Of a stretch of DNA of 64,000 bases, positions 22,874 to 33,635 are shown piece by piece (the stretch's first letter is position 1; each line of letters starts with the position of its first letter). The position numbers and the translations under genes are program-made. The notes under the pieces are model-generated. The model was not told where the DNA came from, ran no database searches, and saw nothing but the letters and a program-made list of their open reading frames with translations. The DNA comes from Amoebophrya sp. A120 (taxonomy: Eukaryota; Protista; Dinoflagellata): positions 1,156,392 through 1,220,391 of the forward strand of contig CAJINV010000005.1 in the NCBI GenBank assembly GCA_905178155.1. Direction: 5' to 3'.

Positions 22874-25642
22874 ATGTTGTCGAGTAGCTCCAGCGGTATC
22901 TCACTGGCTCGCACGCGAAGCGTTAACAGCACGGGTGTAGTCGATCACCTCGATGCTGTGATGCAGACTGACACCGGAGCCGGAGCTCACACACAGCAAT
23001 CGCATTTCAACGAGAGGAACGAGACCACAAGTGGCGGAGTGGGTGGAATGGAGCAGCGGACTTCTTCTAGCCCAGTACCGAAAATAAATGCAGAAGGGGA
23101 GCACGCGCCCCTACCGTCTTCTACAAATGTCGACAGTACCATGGATGATGTCGTGGAGATGGGACAAGACGAGAACAAAGAAAACGGTCCGGCTGACGTA
23201 GTTCCTTCGGCCTCATCAGTGTCTGCGTATGAAACAAACGAGAAAGGCAGCGACGTGGTTTTCCACGATGCTGATGTGGACCATCAGGTTGACAACAACG
23301 AAAACAATTTCCCCGGCAATGTTGACACCGCTTCCGTGGGCAACCTTTCCCAAAAGTCCCACCTCGAGGACCCCTGCAACGCGAAGAACAACCCTTCGGG
23401 TCAGCAATCCCTCTCTCAATCCGCGGCGGAGTCCGCGGAGTTGGATCCGTGGCGCGCCTTTCGCCGCGACGTGGACGAGCTGACCAGCAGCAGCTCCTTG
23501 CATCCAAACTTTTCCGACAGTTTGTCCGCGAAAAACTGGCTCTCACTGGCACGGAACACGCGGATCATGAACAGCCGGAACATGCGGAAGTACTTGCGAA
23601 ACAAACGACGACTGATGACCCCTGCGCCGGGGGGCTCATCTGCAGCTGGCGTTGGACCACATCAACACGGAAGTTGGAACAACGCAACTTCCAGCACGAG
23701 AATCCTCCCCAGCAACGTAGAGCGGGTCACGAACTTTCACGCGGGCGTGAATTTTCCTTTAGGCTCGCCGCCGCCGAGCAACGCCGTCAGTTCTACTTTC
23801 TCTGGCGGGGGGACGACCAATGGCTCGATTATACACGGTTTGCACCAGAACACGGGTGGAGGGGGGGGCCAACATGGTGCTACTACAACTACGTCGATTC
23901 CTGCTGCGCATAACAGCCTTGCCGCCGCGTTGCAGCACCAACAGCAATTATCGTCCGGCGGTGGAGCAAGTGCGGCTTCGAACGCGCCCCCGAGTGCTTT
24001 GTTTCCGCTGGCGAGAGAGTTCTTGTCCCCGGGCAGCGGCAGCATCAGCCCCGTGCCGGGCGGGATGAACGCGAATAATAGTACTGGAAACAACAGCAAT
24101 AATCTTCATCATCTTCACGGAGGTGATAGTCATAGTTCCTCGCACCACACCGGGCAGCACCAGCACGCCGGGGCTGCGAATCCAGACCTCCTATCCCGCC
24201 TAATGGAGGACGCTTTCGCAGGCAGGGCGTCGAAGTCCGGGGGGTCCAAGAAGCCCGCAAAGAAAATCCCGTTGCTCCACGGTCCACCGCCGGGTTTGGC
24301 CGCGAACTTTAGTCAACATTCTTCAGCGAGCGCCGGGCTGATACCACCGGGGTCCTTTGCAGGGGCGGGCGCGGGGGGAGCTAGTGGTATTGCGGGAATT
24401 TCGTCACAACTTGCCGGTACGCCCGGAGGGGCCGCAGCGTCTTCGTCCGCTGGAATGAATACAGGCGCAGGAGGACCGGGTGGAGCGACATCATCAACAT
24501 CGGGCATTAACAATGTCCTCACCGGTGGTTCTTTTGCCGGCGCGTCGTCTGGGGCTGGACCAGGAACCACCAATCCCAATTTTCCCCCCTCAACATCGTC
24601 CACATTAGGGCGAACGCGGCTAGCGCGGCCTAGTTTCTTTCTCGAGGACAGCATGCTGCGCATGTGGAATCCTGAACGGTGGAAATCCGCCTCGGAAAGC
24701 GACAGCGGGTACGAGGCGGGCTACGAAACCGACGCGGACGAGTCGGACGCGTTGTCGGAATGGGAAAGCTCCGCGTTCAAAAAGCACTTCCAGCAACAGG
24801 GAGCGGGTAGTGGTCATTTGCCCACGAACTACAACGTCGGCCCCGTGGACACGAAGACCAGCCGGAAGCGGAAGATCGACGCCTTGGTGAACTTGACCAT
24901 GCGGATGAGTCTGGTCGGGGGCGCCGAGGGCGAAGAGATGGAGGAGGACGAGGAGGGTTTTTTTTCGAGCAACATGGGCCGCGGCAAGGGATCTTCGAAC
25001 AACCTCCAAGATGGACCACATGGCGCAGGAGCCGTGGCGGGGGAAAGTCTTCTGCACAAAAGCACCAGCGGAGGAGGTGGACACAATACTGCGGGATCAT
25101 CTACTACTTCTTCCGGCGGGTTGGTAGATCACCACAATGTAGTTGATCATTCCCACGGTTGTATGGTGGACCACTACGAGGGATCTAGTACTTCCCAAGG
25201 TGGCAACTACCTGCAAGCGGATCACGATGCACGGCCCCGGAAGTATTTGAGGTCCGATCAGTACGCGTTCATGGAAATCGCACCGATTCGCGAGGAAGAG
25301 GATGAGAGCATGCAGCAGAAGACGACTGTCTCTGTTGCGGAACCACAATTAATAGGACAACAACCACCTGCAGTTCTTGATAACGGAGGTCAAGGAACTT
25401 CTGCTTCTGGTGGCACACCTGCAGAGCAGGCACATGAAGTTGTAGAGGACACTGCTTCTGCAATGGAGATTGTGCCAGCGGAAGATGATGAAAATAATAC
25501 GCCGTCAGAAATGTTGTTGACTAGTACAACGCAAGGAACCACTTTGGGTGGGCAAGGAACCACTTTGGGTGCGGTGCCTGTCGTAATGTTACCACCGACA
25601 ACGGTGGGCGATGCGGGAACTGCTGGTGAACAATATCACTGA
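22874..25642 (+). CDS. Hypothetical low-complexity (Ser/Gly/Ala-rich) protein
   Basis: Open frame over 900 codons; probable ATG at 22874; no recognisable domain. Confidence 0.7.
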   Translation: MLSSSSSGISLARTRSVNSTGVVDHLDAVMQTDTGAGAHTQQSHFNERNETTSGGVGGMEQRTSSSPVPKINAEGEHAPLPSSTNVDSTMDDVVEMGQDENKENGPADVVPSASSVSAYETNEKGSDVVFHDADVDHQVDNNENNFPGNVDTASVGNLSQKSHLEDPCNAKNNPSGQQSLSQSAAESAELDPWRAFRRDVDELTSSSSLHPNFSDSLSAKNWLSLARNTRIMNSRNMRKYLRNKRRLMTPAPGGSSAAGVGPHQHGSWNNATSSTRILPSNVERVTNFHAGVNFPLGSPPPSNAVSSTFSGGGTTNGSIIHGLHQNTGGGGGQHGATTTTSIPAAHNSLAAALQHQQQLSSGGGASAASNAPPSALFPLAREFLSPGSGSISPVPGGMNANNSTGNNSNNLHHLHGGDSHSSSHHTGQHQHAGAANPDLLSRLMEDAFAGRASKSGGSKKPAKKIPLLHGPPPGLAANFSQHSSASAGLIPPGSFAGAGAGGASGIAGISSQLAGTPGGAAASSSAGMNTGAGGPGGATSSTSGINNVLTGGSFAGASSGAGPGTTNPNFPPSTSSTLGRTRLARPSFFLEDSMLRMWNPERWKSASESDSGYEAGYETDADESDALSEWESSAFKKHFQQQGAGSGHLPTNYNVGPVDTKTSRKRKIDALVNLTMRMSLVGGAEGEEMEEDEEGFFSSNMGRGKGSSNNLQDGPHGAGAVAGESLLHKSTSGGGGHNTAGSSTTSSGGLVDHHNVVDHSHGCMVDHYEGSSTSQGGNYLQADHDARPRKYLRSDQYAFMEIAPIREEEDESMQQKTTVSVAEPQLIGQQPPAVLDNGGQGTSASGGTPAEQAHEVVEDTASAMEIVPAEDDENNTPSEMLLTSTTQGTTLGGQGTTLGAVPVVMLPPTTVGDAGTAGEQYH

Positions 25643-26300
25643 GAATCAGTAGTAAGTACTTAATATGAGTCTGCTGGACGAAGTTGTCTCTTGCACCAAG
25701 ATGAACACGTCCACGAAGACGATATGTCTCGCTGGCTGCTAGGCACCTTACAACCCAAACCAATCTCCCTTTTGGGTTACGAGTACGACCTGATACAAAA
25801 GGAAAACGAAAAAGGGGCGCTGCCACCTGTGACGCCCTGTTGCGCTGTTGAAATATCAGCCATGTAGCCTAGAAAAAGGCAATTGCTACCACGAATGAAA
25901 CGCGAAATCCGGACTTCATTAGCGTGATCGATCAATATCATCTTCAAGAAGAGATGAAAGCGGATCCAAGTCTGCAGCTACCTGCTTTGTCTGACGATCG
26001 TTTTCTGCTCCACGACACAGCAGGGGATACTAAGTTTTCTTATGTGCTGTCGTGAATATTATGGTGGTCGAAATCCAATCGAAAATCTAGATGGGCTTTT
26101 TCGCTCTAGTGTACTGTGTACGACGATTTTTGTGAAAAAAGTTTCCATTAGACTTTTTCCCCCTCCCCTGTCCTAAGACAAGAGCTAGTAGCCCGCACTG
26201 TTACAGTACTATACCCAAGAGAGACTTATCCTCCCCCAGAAGTACTAGATATTTCACATCGTTCATACAGCTTCATCACCTCCCTCCCCACAACCTCAAC

Positions 26301-29300
26301 ATGCTCGCCGAGGCTCTTTCTTCCGGCGCGCAGACCCGGCGGCGCGTTCTGTCTATCCAGAGCCACGTGGTTCACGGTTACGTCGGTAACAAATCCGCGA
26401 TCTTCCCCCTCCAGCTCCTCGGCTTTGACGTGGATCCGATAAACTCCGTGCAGTTTTCCAACCACACGGGCTACCCGTCTTTTTCCGGGGATATTTTGAA
26501 ACCGGATCAGCTCTGGTCGTTGTTCGAAAAACTGCCACAGCTCCAAGTCAAGTACTCCCACGTTCTAACCGGCTACATCGGCAGCAGGCAGTTCTTGGAA
26601 ACGGTCGGAAAAATCGTGGCCGAACTCCGGCAAAACGCGCCGGAGCTGATTTACGTCTGCGACCCGGTTTTGGGCGACAACGGGAAGTTTTACGCGCCGA
26701 AAGACTTGGTTTCCGCGTTCCAAGACACCATTTTACCCCTCGCGACAATTCTAACCCCGAACCAGTTCGAGTGCGAGCAACTGACGGGGATGAAGATCGA
26801 GACTTTGCAGGACGCCTGTGCCTGCTGCGACAGGTTGCACGAACTCGGGCCGCCGCACGTGTTCGTCACTTCTCTCGATATCTTCGCCGAGTCGGAGGGG
26901 GTGATCACCATGTTGTATTCCTCGAAAAGTCCGGTCGTGATTGAGCAAAATCTTGAGGAGTCTGAGGGTGACGAAAATAAAGCAGAATCCGAGCTGTCCT
27001 CTACCGCGGTCAGCCCGGGGAACAAGTACTTGCTGAAACTCCCTTTATTACATTTCGCCGCCGCGGCCAGTCCGAGCAGGAAAAGCTCAACGCATAGCCA
27101 TCTTGTTCCGGGGGAACAACAGTCCTCCGGAGTTGTAGCAGAGAAGGAACTATCAAATGCAAAAATGTTTGGGTCAGGAAGAATGCAAGATTTGTGAAGC
27201 AGTTTTTCCATGACCCATGAGGCCTGGAATGCAGCACCTAGCATGACAAACCCTGTGAGGTGTTTATCATGCCTATCCTGCATGAGAAACTCCCTGTCAA
27301 ACTGGTCAAAAGTGGACATCTTTTGGTAATCACGCAACGCAAATTTTTGCATGCTTCAGATTCAGCATGACAAGTTCCATGCTTCCAGACCTGGACATTT
27401 TTGCATTTGATAGAAACCACCGACCACGGGAACCGGGTTCACCGGCACCGGGGATCTCTATTGAGAGGAAAAATCTCCCCTCCCCATATCGAAAAGGTAT
27501 CTTTCCGAAAATTTGCGTTGCTGATTTGAGGTCACAAATCACATTGCTCTTGCAAGAAGACAAGGGCAGAAGCTTCCGCCCCATTATGGAAGCGATTTGT
27601 CATGCTGTTGGGCCTAAAGGTCAGCCGTTTGCAATGCTGAACAACTAGACCCATACGCCCCTATCTAGCCAGGGGATCTGGCCGCAATGCCTTCCTGCAA
27701 TACAAATCAGATTTGTGTATGCAAATCCAGCATCACAGATTTCCTTTTTGATATGGGGAGGGGGGATTTTCCCTTTTCATAATCTCACGGCCGCGCTTCT
27801 GCTGGCGCGGACGTTTGAGCATCCGTGTGAACTCCCGAAAGCGTTGGAGTTGGTCGGCGCCAGCATGCAGGCGGTGCTCGAGGAGACAGCCATGCGCGGG
27901 CGGCCGCGAAGATTGAGTGTCTGCTCGTCCTATCAAATGCAAAAATGTCTGGGTCTGGAAGAATGCAAGACTTGTCATGCATATTTCTCATGACCCATGA
28001 TGCCTGTAATGCATGACCTAGCATCGCAGACTTTTAGGGGGCTCCCTGATGCACCTTCCGCATGAGAAGTGCCCTGTCCGTGTAAGCACAATTTGTGCCT
28101 CTCTTGCTGGTCATACAGTACAAATTTTTTTAGAGTCCAAAAACAGCATGACAAGTTGCAATCTTCCAGACCCAGACACTTTTGCAGTTGATACGTCCTC
28201 CAACTTTGGCCCGGCGGCGAGGAAAAGTTTCTCCGCGTCGGAAACAGCAAAACTAGAAGCACCTGGTGCACCACCAGCCCCCGCGGCTTCTTCACCCAAG
28301 GTGGGGCCTACTTCAGGAGCAGCTCCGCCACCTGTCAGTAAGAAGCTCGTGCCGCCGGAGATCCGGCTGATTCAGTCGAAAGCGCAACTGGAAAGACCGA
28401 CAGTTGTGCACTACTGCAGGCGGATCGGGCAGAACTTAGGCATCAAGGCCGTCGCTTTCGACATGGACGGAACTTTGACGCTCCCACACCAGATCGATTT
28501 CAAGAAACTTCGGACGATGATCGACGCCCCGCGGGATTCGGACATCCTTGGCTACGTGAAAAGCATCGAAAGTGAGGAGAAGCGCAGAACCTTAACCGAA
28601 ACGATCGAAGCCGTGGAGTTGGCCGGGAAATACGAATTGCAGCCGGGCATTGTCGAGGTGCTAAAGGAATTGAAAAAGAAGGGCTACAAGCTCGGACTGA
28701 TCACGCGGAACCACTTGGGCGGTGTGGAAGTGTTTTTGAAAGAACTTGAGAAAAAGTGGAACAGCAGCTGCACAGCGGCACTACCTGACATTCGCGTCGT
28801 CGCACCAGCAGGGAGTGGTCTTACCACCACGGGTGGCTACGGCTATCCCGAAGACGGTGCTGGTTTGGGTCATCCTGATGCAGGCTGTGGCAGAACAAGT
28901 ACTGTCGCGATCTCCAGCGGCTTATCGTCCGTGACGTCCTCTGCCGGAGGCGGACCGTCCCCTCCGGAATCTGCTTGTCCGGTGGATCCAAGAGAGTCCG
29001 CGGACTCCGGGTCGTTCTCCATACCGACATCCGCGGCCGGTGCGACGGGGAACGGCCACGCGAAGGAGCACGACAAGAATGCTGGCGGTGGACCAAACGC
29101 ATCACAACATGACTCATTTCCTTTCAAGATCTTCGACGGGATTCGGACCCGCGACTCCCCGGTCGCCCCAAAGCCTAGCGGGGAGGCGATCCGCGACCTG
29201 TGCGAGAAGGTGTTTGGTTGCGATCCAGAGGAGGTCCTGATTGTTGGTGACCACGTGGACGACGTGCGGTGCGGGGAGGACGTCGGGGCTTGGACGTGCG

Positions 29301-29380
29301 AGATCTTCGAGGGACCCATTCCGCATTGCGGAGCGGATTTCAAGATCAGTTCGTTGAGCGGGCTGCTGAGGTTTTTGTGA
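26301..29380 (+). CDS. PDXK: Pyridoxal kinase fused to a C-terminal HAD-family phosphatase; 3 introners
   Basis: RVLSIQSHVVHGYVGNK, QFSNHTGY, CDPVLGD, TPNQFE; FTGTGDL at 27438-27458 appears after splicing; EIRLIQSK is the PdxK C-terminus, followed in frame by IKAVAFDMDGTL...PKP...IVGDHVDD. Confidence 0.88.
27151..27412. mobile_element. Introner, TIR group A (262 bp)
   Basis: TSD GGAAC/GAAAC; reverse-complement homolog of 32479-32740. Confidence 0.92.
27459..27781. mobile_element. Introner, TIR group E (323 bp)
   Basis: TATTGAGAGGAAAAATCTCCCCTCCCCATATC...GATATGGGGAGGGGGGATTTTCCCTTTTCATA; TSD ATCTC/ATCTC. Confidence 0.92.
27931..28193. mobile_element. Introner, TIR group A (263 bp)
   Basis: TATCAAATGCAAAAATGTCTGGGTCTGGAAG...CTTCCAGACCCAGACACTTTTGCAGTTGATA; TSD CGTCC/CGTCC. 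Confidence 0.93.
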
Positions 29381-29423
29381 GCCTAATATCAGTGGTGACT
29401 GCCCACCGAGGTACTTACTATAC

Positions 29424-30276
29424 TAGAGTATTTTATAGGCAAGGGAGTGAAACTTCGAAGGGAGTCAAGGGAGCCAAGGGAGGAAGATAAAACCTTTACA
29501 AATTGCCTTTCCTTAAATCATCGCCAAAATGCATGCTATGGGCGCGCTTACCGGTCGCCGGTTTGGGCCCTGCTGCCCCCCCCCCCGCCGCGGCCCCAGG
29601 TTTGTCCGCGTTTAGGCATTGGCCCGTTGCCGAAGGCCCTGGCCTTTTGAAGAAGGTGAAGGCTTGTAGAGTCGCCCCCGTCAACAGGAGTCGCCGGGGC
29701 GGCCTGGCCTCTGCCTAGCAACATAGAGCGTGGAGCCGAACAAGGAACGCGTAAACTGTTGCCGTGGCCATGTCAAGTTTCCGTTGTCCGGGGGAAGTTG
29801 AGGCAGCCACTTCAGCAATTTCCTTGTCGAGATCTTTCGCGCGAGGTTCTGCGTGATCAGATTCAACGCCATGCCGAACAGAGATTACGAAATGGAAACT
29901 TTGAAGCGGCCACTTCGACTTTCTCCAATCGGGAAAGAGTTGCAATGGCCGTCGGAACGCGCAGCAAGTTTGAAGCCCACACGCGTAGCATGTGCAGCCT
30001 GCTTCGCGCTGATGCATGCTGCGCAACGTTCCCACACGTGGGCGCATGTTCTACATGTTGCACGTGCCTCGCTGCGCGCGCGCAGCGCGCGGCCTCGAAA
30101 ATTTTTGTTGTGTGCGCACAGATGTCGATCCGCGCGCGCGCAGCGCGCGCCGCTAAAAATTTTTGCTATATGCCGATCGCATTGGCGCGTGCGACTGCTT
30201 TTTTATCTTACTCCCTTGACTCCCTTGAAAAGTTGCGCTGTACTCCCTTGGCTGGCGCCAGACACTAATAAACCTA
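29424..30276. mobile_element. Probable intergenic non-autonomous TIR element unrelated to the introners
   Basis: AAGGGAG subrepeats plus AAGATAAAA on the left, mirrored by TTTTATCTT plus CTCCCTT subrepeats on the right; flanked by the direct repeat (TA)CTATAC at 29416-29423 and 30275-30282. Confidence 0.6.
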
Positions 30277-30981
30277 CTATACGACGTGTTTATGCCCCCC
30301 GCGGAAGAAGTACAGTATCGACCACTTAACGACATGGGCATTGGATTCTGCACAAGATGAAGAACATGTCATCTCCTTATTTACCTTTTGGAAACGAAGA
30401 ACAACCTACCAACCCGAAAAGCACTTGTACTACAGAATTGTCTGGAACTTTTCCAAGAAGCCCTCCTAGCGAAAACAAATGACTGTATGTATCATCTCCC
30501 AGAAGACATGATCACCAAAAGACTGTCTTGAAGTTTTTCCTGCTTCAAAATCAACCTTTAACGTAAATCCATGTAAGTACCAGTTCACTACTAACGTCAG
30601 ATTTATCCCTACGTAACAGACGCACACCACGACATGGAGTCGCTCGCAAGAGACCTGATTGGACCCTTCATTTCAGTAGAGGAGTGCGTAGTGTTTGTCG
30701 TTGCAAGTGGACTGAAAGAGGACTCTCGAGTTGAGTGCACGAGAAGCAGATTTTGGTTTCGCTAGAGAACCCCAGTGCGTCGCATGTTTCGTCTCAAGCG
30801 AATGTAGTTGTCGTCTGTTCTTTCCCTACCGTCCGATGAAGAACGCTTTCACGAACAAAACGTACTTAGTCGAAAGTGCCCTCTGATGTAGTTGGGTTTA
30901 GCTGGTTTTTTGAATTTGTAAAATTTTTCTCCGGTATTGTTGATTGACACTCGTCAGTATCACATCAATCCAATATAAAAG

Positions 30982-32989
30982 ATGTTCCGTTCCGTCTACG
31001 ACCAGCTCACCGCAGCGAGCTCCTTCCCAGCAACCTCGTTTCATCTCCTCCCCAGCGACCCAGCGAAGGCTCGTCACACCGGTCTTCTTGACAACTACGT
31101 GGCTCACACCAGAACAGCAGGGGAGTATGATGCAGACGATGCTGCGTTTCTTGGAGCTCAGGGCGTTGGCTCCTACTCCTTCGGTTTCTCATCCTCCTCA
31201 ACGAGCAAAACCTGGCACGACCACAATCACAGGCGAAATCATCTTCACAACAGCAGGATAAAAACCGCCTTCAACGAGTCGCCGACGTTCCAGATCGTCT
31301 CCGGGATCACCGCCGCAAAGGAGCACTGCCTCGTCGCCGACGCACCGGACCGCGATGGGACAGGCTTGTACCGAATGTTTGTCGGATGTGTCTGTGATGC
31401 GAGGCACGAAGTACTGGATGCTTGTTTCATGCATAAATTACTTGCAGTTGCACTGCAGTTCCTTTCCAGTTTCACTCAAATAAGACAAATCCAAAAATAA
31501 AAAACTCTTCCACAGCCATCTCGCCCCGTGTGATGATCAAGTGAGGAAGATGAACGGCCACGAACTGTATCGGTTCATGGACAACGGGGCGCTCTACACA
31601 CTGATGGGCAAAAAGTGCATGACCCTGGAGGACGGCAAGGTGACCGCTTCCGGCGGGTCGGTGACGCTGCAAGACTGCGACGCGGCAACCGCTGCGTCGG
31701 ATGGGCGCGCGTTGTGGGAACCCATGCCGAGCTCGCAGCTGAAGGTGGCGAAGGTCGGGGACTACTGCTTGTCCATGGGGCCGGAAAAGGCGTCGATCGG
31801 GGAGGTATAGAATCGTGAATAAGAGGAAGAGAGACCAAAGCTAGTGTTGCAGTTCCAAATGAAGGTTGCATGATTCATTGGCTTTTTCATGCTGGATCGA
31901 AGTTGTTCTTCTTCTTTTTTCACAAAAAAATTGATTCTCGTGAAAACCCCCTCCGCAGACCAACCTGATCAAGGGCAGTAGCTCCATCGACGCGTCCAGT
32001 AGCAACGGCACCCACACCGCAAAAATGATTGCCGACGGAAACGACTCCACGTACTGGGCCAGCGATTGGGACCCTAGCGAGCCGGAAACGGTGACGATAG
32101 GTATAAGAGGTGAAGAGCGATTCGTCATGTACATGCTGTGCGTATGACATACAAAATTTTTTTCGCAAATTTTTTCTTCATTTCAACTAACCTCACACCA
32201 AAACATTCAGATCTCGGCAGTTCGCAGAAGCTTTCAAAAGTGGACATTGACTGGGAGTATCCGCCAAAATCTTTCTCTATCGAATCCTCCTCCGACGGAC
32301 ACCACTTCAGTTCCTGCAACCGCGTGAATTTCAACGACAAGTGGACGTACCACATGCCGGGACGGGCGCTGAAAGCTCGGTACCTGCGAATCAAGATGCA
32401 TGAAACGCACCCGACGCTGGGCCAACACAAGGAATCGGGCAGACACCTGTATGGAATCCAGCACGTGCGCGTCGTCACTATCAAATGTAAAAATGTCTGG
32501 GTCTGGAAGAACGCAACTTGTCATGCTAAATCTGAAGCATGCAAAAATCTGTATTGCATGATTACCAAAAGTCGTTGAGTTTTGACCAAGTCGCGAGGGA
32601 GTTTCTCATGCGGGATAGGCATGAGGGAGATCGCACAGAATCTGTCATGCCAGGTCCTGCATTCCAGACCTCATGGGTCATGGAAAAGCTGCGTGACAAA
32701 TAGCGCATTCTTCCAGACCCAGACACTTTTGCATTTGATAGTCACCCGGGCGTTACAACCCATTCTTCAGAAGTGCAGCGACGCAGCCCGGAGTGCGGAT
32801 GCGCGGGACAAATGGTTTCTCGTCGAGGTCACTGAGTTCAACCCGTGCAAAAACCCGAAGCTGGATTTACCCCCGCAGGGCGTGCCGCAAACGACGCAGT
32901 TCGCGGGCAATGAGGAATCGAAGGACGGGCAGAAGATGGATGTCAGTGGGGTGCCAAGCAAGGAAATGATGTCGGCGGCAGAGGAATGA
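30982..32989 (+). CDS. Ricin-B-like plus F5/8 type C (discoidin) domain protein resembling alveolate CCp/LAP modules; start uncertain
   Basis: GT-AG introns 31368-31515, 31805-31958, 32101-32210 and introner 32479-32740 join into one frame with SQLK...DYCLS, ADGNDSTYWAS, IDWEYPPKSFSI, DARDKWF. Confidence 0.65.
32479..32740. mobile_element. Introner, TIR group A (262 bp)
   Basis: TATCAAATGTAAAAATGTCTGGGTCTGGAAG...GCATTTGATA; TSD GTCAC/GTCAC. Confidence 0.93.
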
Positions 32990-33635
32990 TGATGATGATG
33001 GAACACGGAGTACTTGATGTTGATGTGTAAATCTCACCTGTCGTTCATCTCGTCCGTGCAGTATGCGTATCATGGTTCTTTTTGTATGAAGATGCTTCAA
33101 ACAATAGCAAACCGTTTCTATTTTGGAGTTCTCTTAGCTAGTTTTTGCAGAACTATTTTTCGAAGAAATTTACTTTTCGTATTCATTCATCCACCTCCCT
33201 GCGTAATGTCTATTCGCACCACAAGAAATTATCCCGGCTCCTAGTACGATTGCAAGATCAGCTGCGCGGCCGTTAAGAGAGCTCTCGATGAAACAGATTG
33301 AAACTTCTCAAAAGCAAAACCGAGCATCAATGTATCTGCCAAAAAACGACCGCAGCTGCGCACACCAGGCGCTACGTGTGCTGCAGGCGGCCGTCATCTA
33401 CATGTTAGGTGTTCGTAGATGGAGCTCTATTGTTTGTTCTTAGATGGATCTCTTGGATGCAGTTTTGCGCCTTCGTGTGTTGGCGGTGAAGTTGACAGCC
33501 AGTTTAAATACGTACGTTGTTCGCATTGATTGATCTCTTTTTCACCTTTCTCGTTGGATCAAACCGAAACATTTATTTCCAAAGAAAAGGGTTTTTTCCG
33601 GTCAAGAACATCATGCCCAACTGCACTAAAACGGC

